DNA of 32,000 nucleotides from Microcystis aeruginosa NIES-843 (GTDB lineage Bacteria; Cyanobacteriota; Cyanobacteriia; Cyanobacteriales; Microcystaceae): NCBI RefSeq assembly GCF_000010625.1, contig NC_010296.1, positions 990,001 to 1,022,000 of the forward strand, read 5' to 3'. Shown piece by piece: positions 27,110 to 32,000 of this stretch (position 1 is its first letter; each line of letters starts with the position of its first letter). The notes under the pieces were generated by a model. It saw only the letters and a program-made list of their open reading frames with translations, ran no database searches and was not told where the DNA came from. The position numbers and the translations under genes were made by a program.

Positions 27110-27228
27110 TGGATTGTTCCTCCCATCGAGATATATTCTGAATCGTAAGTTATAACTATTATAATCTCATTTCTCTTTGTGATAAAGTTCGAGATTTTCT
27201 AGTTTTTGACGGCTATAAGCATTAATAC

Positions 27229-27798
27229 TCATTGCACAAGTGAGATGCTCCCCTTCTCTAGAATAGCTATTAGTTTTCCCGTATCTAAATTTACTAAAAC
27301 CGCACAGTAATTTTTTTGTCCTTTGACTAGAGCGATTTCATCAATTCCTAGTCTTTTTAATTTCGATAAATCTGGCTCTGTAATTTCTTCGGCGATGTCC
27401 TCTACCATTCTTTGAATCTCTTCTTCCGTTACGTTATTTCTTCGGCTAACATTTAAAATATCTCCTTCTTTTAATTGTTCGAGTATATTCTCGGCTAGTC
27501 TTTTCGTATAGGTTCGTTTCTTGGCGACAAAATCTAACTCTTCGCTAAAGGGTTTTCGACAATTATCGCACTTAAATTGACGACGATTAACCTGTAGGTA
27601 CACTGGTTGTCCTGAGATTGGTAAATCTTTGACTAAATGTCGATGATTTTGGTGGAGTTTATCGCTTTCTAAGCCACAACGAGGACAGGTTGCTTTTTGA
27701 TTTTTCGATTCGATTCGGCAAACTATACCGATATTTTCTAGGTGTAGATAGCCTTGAATACAGGTTCCTTTTAGGTTCAAAAATTTGTCAAGTATCAT
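27229..27798 (-). pseudogene. ISL3-family transposase, N-terminal portion
   Basis: Contains a zinc-finger (CPRCG...H, CDNCRKPF) and an HTH region typical of ISL3 transposases. The last 7 codons (GSISLVQ*) are read from the inserted element. Confidence 0.8.
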
Positions 27799-27979
27799 AA
27801 GTAAAATAATCTCGTTTTTGGCTATTATATCAAATCTTAACTCGATTGTCTATCTTTTGGTATTAACCTGTTGATGCCTTAAGTCCTTCCCTATATGGAT
27901 TTCAGCTACTTTTGAGCGTAGGCGCTCTCATCGAATTTTATTTTAAGTTAATTATTTGCATAACAATTCCCGAAGAGCC

Positions 27980-28610
27980 ATAAATCAAATATGTCTGCCT
28001 CACAATCTCCGATTGTTACTACTTGAATATCTTCGGGTATTTGTTGTTGTGTTTCTGACAAAGAATCTAACCATCTTTGACTTTCTTTTTCTTGAGTTTC
28101 TCTTTTTTTTCGTTGCTTGGCAATCCCTAAATTCTTTTCTTCTCTTGCCCAGACCTATTGATTAATTAGTCCCAAAGGTACTCCTTGCGCTGAGACTCCT
28201 AAGGTGGTATGAACTTTGAGACCAAAGGATTTTTTATAATCTAGATAACCCATTCCTTTTTTGGCTTTTTGGGTCGTAAAGTCTAAACTTGTTGTGTCTT
28301 GAACTGCCAAAACTATTGGATGTTCTTTGATTCTTTCTACTGTACTTTTGGCTTGGGCGGCAATTAGAGCTGAGGGGTGAAAATAGGGGGAATTCCAAAA
28401 GTCGTAGGTGGCACTCGCTGCGGCTAGATTTCCCGAAGCTTGTGGCACACTTGTACTAGGTTGGCTGGCCAAGTTTTCTACGATACTGATTAACCTTTTC
28501 TTTCTTCTGGTGTCCCCTAGGTCTGCATACTGTAATTCTTGGGCTGCCCATTTCTCCATTTTTTTGCTTACCTCCACCTTAATTCCTTCTTTCAAAACTA
28601 TACCTATCAA
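27980..28610 (-). pseudogene. IS4-family (Tn5-like) transposase, N-terminal portion with an in-frame TAG
   Basis: Reads MEKWAAQELQYADLGDTRRKKRLISIVENLA...QDTTSLDF. An in-frame stop lies at 28155..28157, and the frame continues beyond it (VWAREEKNLG...ESQRWLDSL...GDCEADIFDL) to the ISL3 insertion site. Confidence 0.8.
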
Positions 28611-28943
28611 TCGTTTCCCCTTTTTTTAAGTTTCTTCTCTTTTTGTTAAGAAAGATCTGACTAATGGATAGCTTATCAAGGGGGGCAGGGGGGATCGAAC
28701 CTAAAATCCATTTTTAATTTAATTAGGGTTTGCTGAAAAAGTTTGTTGGTGGGGTTAGGAGTCAGTAGCCGGTCGTTAGGAGTCAGGAGTCGGGAGTTTC
28801 AGGCTTTGTTGCCCTCTCTTTTTGTACCAACTTATGTACTATAATAAGGATAATGCAAGGTTTTTGAAGGTCTCAATCCGATTTTCGCAGCATGAACATC
28901 GGATTTTAACAGGTCAAAAGCCTTATTTTAAAAGGGTTTTACC

Positions 28944-29872
28944 ATAGATCTCTTGCAAAAGTAATCAAGATATATCCTTTTGTCGGTAACGAAGTTCGTA
29001 ATTGTAGATACCAGCAATCAAATTCAATCTCAGACCAAATCGCCGTCTGCGATTTCTGTATCTTGATGAAAGTATCCGAAATATTTTGAGACGACGATGA
29101 ATATGTTCTATAACTATGCGCCGTTGTGATAACTGACGATTGGCTTTTTTTTGCTCTTTACTTAGTTTTTCTTTTTTCTTTTTTTTATGAGGAATTTGAC
29201 TGTTTTGATGGATTTTCTGAATTCCTTGATAGCCTTTATCCCCTAATATTTCTATTTCCTTATTTAACCTTATTTTGCTCTCTTTCCACAGTCGAAAATC
29301 ATGGACTCTTCCTTTCTCACAACGGACACAGATTACCTGCTCGCTTTTTTGATCGGCAACGACTTGCGACTTTAATGTGTGGTATCCCTGCTTGCCACTA
29401 TAGCATGATTTCTGTTTTTTTTTGGGTCTTTCTATCTCCTGTTCTGACACATCCACCACTATTACTTCTATTTCACTATTACTTTCTAATAGGGCTTTTT
29501 TTCCGGGTAGATTAAACAGACCTGATTTGATGAGAATATTCTCTACTTTCCTAACAATTCTATACGCCGTTGATTCGTTAATACCCCAACTATTTCCCCG
29601 ATGAAAATAGGTGCGATATTCTCGCCAATATTCTAGTGTTATTAGTAGTTGGTCTTCCCTACTCAATTTGCTAGGTCTACCTGTCTTTTTTTGCCAAACT
29701 TTTTCTGCCTTTAGGACTGTTACCATATCCTTAAATGTATCTGGATACACGCCACACAAGCGTTTGAACTCTGTTGGCTTTAAAGTTTTTACTTGTTCGT
29801 AAGTCATCTTTCAATCTTAACTCTTGGACTATTTTATCCTATTTTGTCTAGACTTATGCAAGAGATCTATTC
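28944..29872 (-). mobile_element. IS5-family insertion sequence (apparently intact)
   Basis: Inverted repeats are ATAGATCTCTTGCAAAAG (28944..) and CTTATGCAAGAGATCTAT (..29870). A possible 6-bp direct repeat TTTACC lies at 28938..28943 and 29873..29878. Confidence 0.75.
28965..29807 (-). CDS. IS5-family DDE transposase
   Basis: 280 aa: GRPSKLSREDQLLITLEYWREYRTY..., VVDVSEQEIERP...YSGKQGYHTLKSQVV, GRVHDFRLWK, LGDKGYQGI, QRRIVIEHIHRRLKIFRILSSRYRNRRRRF. This is the DDE_Tnp_4/IS5-type block order. Confidence 0.85.
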   Translation of the reverse strand: MTYEQVKTLKPTEFKRLCGVYPDTFKDMVTVLKAEKVWQKKTGRPSKLSREDQLLITLEYWREYRTYFHRGNSWGINESTAYRIVRKVENILIKSGLFNLPGKKALLESNSEIEVIVVDVSEQEIERPKKKQKSCYSGKQGYHTLKSQVVADQKSEQVICVRCEKGRVHDFRLWKESKIRLNKEIEILGDKGYQGIQKIHQNSQIPHKKKKKEKLSKEQKKANRQLSQRRIVIEHIHRRLKIFRILSSRYRNRRRRFGLRLNLIAGIYNYELRYRQKDIS

Positions 29873-30185
29873 TTTACCTTGACGTTTGGGTTTTCCATTA
29901 TGAATAGAACCATTCTTGATAGTATGGTGAGAACCACAATTAGGACAGGGGAATAGAGGTGAAGGGGGTATTTTGTTCGGTGCTAGACTGATATTTGAGT
30001 AAGCCAGACAGGAGCCAGAAAAAGATATTTATTAGAAAAGTCATGATCAAGCTAGAGGTTTAAAGACTGAGCGGGTTGCAATTATTTTTATTAATAAATA
30101 TTTTACACAATTCATACCAGGTAAGCAAGAGAGCTACGCCACTACTACCGAATCATTACCCAAATCCGATCCCTAATAGCTGTAT

Positions 30186-30246
30186 CCCGTCTCCCGTCTC
30201 GGAGTCTCCTGTCTCGGAGTCTCCTGTCTCGGAGTCTCCTGTCTCG
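30186..30246. repeat. 15-bp tandem repeat GTCTCGGAGTCTCCT (about 3.5 units)
   Basis: Read directly from the sequence. It underlies the SPVSESPVSESPVSE stretch of the spurious ORF 30076..30528. Confidence 0.8.
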
Positions 30247-30274
30247 ACTAGGAAATTAATTTTGCACGACTACT

Positions 30275-30491
30275 TAGGGTCTGCTGAAAAAGTTTTTCCT
30301 GGGGGCAGGGTGTGGGGTGTGGGGTGTGGGGTGTGGGGTTTTACCGGTTTTGAGGAGGCCAATTACCTAATTTTCAGGGAAAAAGTCCCGGAATTTTCCC
30401 CCCGATCCCCCCAATGGCCGGCACTTTTTGAGGGTAAAAAAGTCCAAAAGTCTTATCCAACAAGGTTTTTAGATTTATTCAGCAGACCCTA
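30275..30491. repeat. MITE-like 217-bp unit bounded by a 14-bp perfect inverted repeat, containing a GGTGTGG x4 run
   Basis: TAGGGTCTGCTGAA (30275..30288) pairs with TTCAGCAGACCCTA (30478..30491). A similar left end, TAGGGTTTGCTGAAAAAGTTT, occurs at 28724..28744. Confidence 0.5.
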
Positions 30492-30560
30492 CTTAGTGAT
30501 ATGGAAAGAATCCCCTGTCACAGCGTAGCTTGACGGTGGGAGTATGTCAATTGATTCAAA

Positions 30561-32000
30561 TTAATTAACTCGCTGCCATAAACGTTGAATTTCTTTCCTC
30601 AGTTGTGCATCAGGAGGCTGGCTAAATTGTACAGAAGGATTGACCTGCACACCGGGAATATTCTGATTCCAGGGACTGTTGGAGACTGATTCTAAGTTTA
30701 TGCCACTTATCACAGGGCGAAACCCGTAGCGGACGAATACTTCCTGTTGGGAAGGCTGTCTGAGAAAGGCGACAAACTCCCTGGCTGCTTTCGCTTGTCC
30801 CTCATTCACATCCCGCCGTGCGATCGCCGCCGTCGCTACTGTCTCAATAGTCGGGTCAAGATAGTAGATTTGGTAAGGTTTTTCCTGGGTAGTTTGGGCC
30901 TGGGACCAGCGATAGAGGGCGATACTTTCGTAGGTAGTCGCCACATCAGCGTCGTTGGATCCGCGAGCAATAAATTCCTGCAAGAGAATGTCACTCGAAA
31001 GGGGCGGCTGATAGACGGAACGCTTAATCAGAGCAAACAAAGATTGAATTCCCGGCCCATTCAAGTTAGTACCAGCTAGGGGACTTCCGCCAAGATTGGA
31101 CTGGGACCACAAACTTAAGGTTAACTGACCACTGTTGGAACGGCTAGGGTCTGTCATGACAAAATCGAAGCTTCCCCAGGTAGATTGTCCGCCGATAGCA
31201 GTCCAGTTACGCTTTTGCATGGCTCGTTCTACACTTTGCCATTGAAAGCGTCTCCCAGGGAAGATAACCTTTCCTCTCTCGGGCCAAGCGATACCCACCA
31301 GGAAGGTTTTGACAATGGGTTGGGGCGTATCGTAGAAGGGATTGCTTTCTCCCTGTACCGCCAGGCGATCGCGCAATTCCTCTAAGATTTCCCCATTGGC
31401 TGGAATGAGGATAGTAGGCGTAAAGTCATGTTTCTGGTCGATGTAGTTATTAACTATGTCCTGAGAGCCTTGAAACTTCAGTTCTAAGTTAATGTTGGGA
31501 TGAGATGCCTCGAATTGTGGCTCTAGGACTGCCAATGGTTCTTGAAGTTCCGTCCCACTGACGATGGTAAGGTTTTGCTGCACGCCAGGAAGAGGTGCAT
31601 AAGCTAAAGCGAAAGCAATTAGGGCGATCGCAGCCGAAATTATTGCCCGTCTGCGTTTCGATTGAGGGCTGTTTCTCCTAGTGGGAGGCGTTAAGAGTCC
31701 TGGTTGCATGGCGAGTAATTCTTGAATGCGGTTGTTAGTGGGAGGATGGGTGGCAAATAAGCGATTGACAAGTTTACCCTTGAAGGGATTAATAATTAGA
31801 AGGGGAGCTAACGCTGGGTTTTCTTCTGTGGATATTGACTGCTGTTGGCTGTTATTTTCTAATTTTTCTAAGGCGTTAGCGAGGGCGCGAGGATTTCCGG
31901 TTAAACTTGCTGAACCTGCATCAGCAGCATACTCTCTCGTTCGAGATATGGCTAATTGAGTTAAGGTAGCCGTAAGGGGCGCAAGTAGCAAGGTAGGGAA
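30561..32000 (-). CDS. M48-family (HtpX-like) metallopeptidase C-terminal region fused to a periplasmic solute-binding-protein-like domain; 5' end lies outside the window
   Basis: The reading frame is open to the window edge. The M48 tail is present (LAISRTREYAADAGSASLTGNPRALANALEKLE ... FATHPPTNNRIQEL). It is followed by a hydrophobic segment (AIISAAIALIAFALAYA) and an approximately 330-aa PBP-like domain (LTIVSGTELQEPL...LKFQGSQDIVNNYI...). Confidence 0.8.
   Translation of the reverse strand, partial: FPTLLLAPLTATLTQLAISRTREYAADAGSASLTGNPRALANALEKLENNSQQQSISTEENPALAPLLIINPFKGKLVNRLFATHPPTNNRIQELLAMQPGLLTPPTRRNSPQSKRRRAIISAAIALIAFALAYAPLPGVQQNLTIVSGTELQEPLAVLEPQFEASHPNINLELKFQGSQDIVNNYIDQKHDFTPTILIPANGEILEELRDRLAVQGESNPFYDTPQPIVKTFLVGIAWPERGKVIFPGRRFQWQSVERAMQKRNWTAIGGQSTWGSFDFVMTDPSRSNSGQLTLSLWSQSNLGGSPLAGTNLNGPGIQSLFALIKRSVYQPPLSSDILLQEFIARGSNDADVATTYESIALYRWSQAQTTQEKPYQIYYLDPTIETVATAAIARRDVNEGQAKAAREFVAFLRQPSQQEVFVRYGFRPVISGINLESVSNSPWNQNIPGVQVNPSVQFSQPPDAQLRKEIQRLWQRVN

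Larger units (their letters stand above)
25799..27252 (-). mobile_element. Autonomous-type parent of the MITE (ISKra4/ISLre2-like; family assignment tentative), inserted in the ISL3 transposase gene
   Basis: It has the same termini as the MITE (GGGAGCATCTCACCTTTGCA... / ...TGCACAAGTGAGATGCTCCC). An 8-bp target duplication CTTCTCTA lies at 25791..25798 and 27253..27260. It carries a degraded transposase gene and is about 1.26 kb without the nested MITE. Confidence 0.7.
25096..27979 (-). mobile_element. ISL3-family insertion sequence inserted in the IS4 transposase gene
   Basis: Termini are GGCTCTTCG... (25096) and ...CGAAGAGCC (27979). A perfect 8-bp target duplication ATAAATCA lies at 25088..25095 and 27980..27987. 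The element is about 1.42 kb without its own insert. Confidence 0.85.
24180..28685 (-). mobile_element. IS4-family (Tn5-like) insertion sequence, outermost shell of a nested IS cluster
   Basis: The imperfect terminal inverted repeats are CCCCCCTTATTAAGCTATCCATTAGTCACATCTTTCTTAACA (left) and the reverse complement of TGTTAAGAAAGATCTGACTAATGGATAGCTTATCAAGGGGGG (right). Without its nested inserts the element is about 1.6 kb. No target duplication is evident. Confidence 0.8.

Noticed and set aside
27956-28165. 69-aa + strand ORF.
   Set aside because: It is antisense to the continuing IS4 transposase reading frame and rich in poly-T-derived Phe/Leu codons, so it is spurious. The same applies to 28408..28629 and to the + strand ORFs at 29126..29802 opposite the IS5 transposase.
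28686-28705. GGTTCGATCCCCCC (- strand), which resembles a tRNA T-arm, next to the IS4 end. This raised the possibility of a tRNA integration target.
   Set aside because: No complementary 5' half of a T-stem, acceptor stem or anticodon arm can be built from the adjacent sequence. It is probably part of the G/C run at the IS terminus.
29879-29960. The - strand peptide ..LFPCPNCGSHHTIKNGSIHNGKPKRQGK resembles the N-terminal zinc ribbon of IS1-type (InsA-like) transposases and abuts the IS5 insertion.
   Set aside because: It has no start codon. Even after removing IS5 in silico the frame stops within about 6 codons. It is at best a tiny relic and too short to call.
30076-30528. 150-aa ORF between the IS5 element and the M48 gene.
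   Set aside because: It runs through the 15-bp tandem repeat (SPVSESPVSE...) and the GGTGTGG run (WGVGCGVWG) inside a MITE-like unit. It is repeat-derived and has no coding signature.

Overview
This looks like a cyanobacterial chromosome segment. The evidence is HIP1 (GCGATCGC) sites, heptameric STRR-type tandem repeats, DUF29 genes and a heavy IS/MITE load; a Microcystis-like origin is inference only.

- **1-3.9 kb:** ordinary housekeeping genes: long-form hpf/lrtA, an Hsp20 chaperone, tsaC and larC.
- **3.9-6.2 kb:** an RTX-type calcium-binding repeat gene bracketed by two near-identical DUF29 genes.
- **6.55-24.14 kb (main item):** a co-directional array of five very large ORFs of 1332, 735, 1068, about 1519 (reconstructed) and 618 aa.
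  - The only catalogued domain I recognise is a LamG jelly-roll in the second protein, which also ends in a phage-tail-fibre-like neck and head.
  - I see no NTPase motif, signal peptide or other familiar catalytic motif, apart from a weak HNH-like beta-beta-alpha-Me motif in the third, compositionally distinct protein.
  - The array contains no HIP1 sites, although both flanks are HIP1-rich.
  - It is interrupted between genes 2 and 3 by a small native-looking cassette: a PD-(D/E)xK HsdR_N-like gene, a MNT nucleotidyltransferase and a HEPN stub.
  - It has been hit twice by a 182-bp MITE. One copy splits the fourth gene cleanly, and the original frame can be reconstructed.
- **24.18-28.69 kb:** a four-level nested insertion: an IS4-family element, containing an ISL3-family element, containing an ISKra4-like element, containing the same MITE.
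- **28.9-29.9 kb:** an intact IS5-family element, followed by repeat debris.
- **30.56-32.0 kb:** a 5'-partial gene for an M48 (HtpX-like) peptidase fused to a solute-binding-like domain.

All functional calls rest on motif recognition by eye. No database searches were run.
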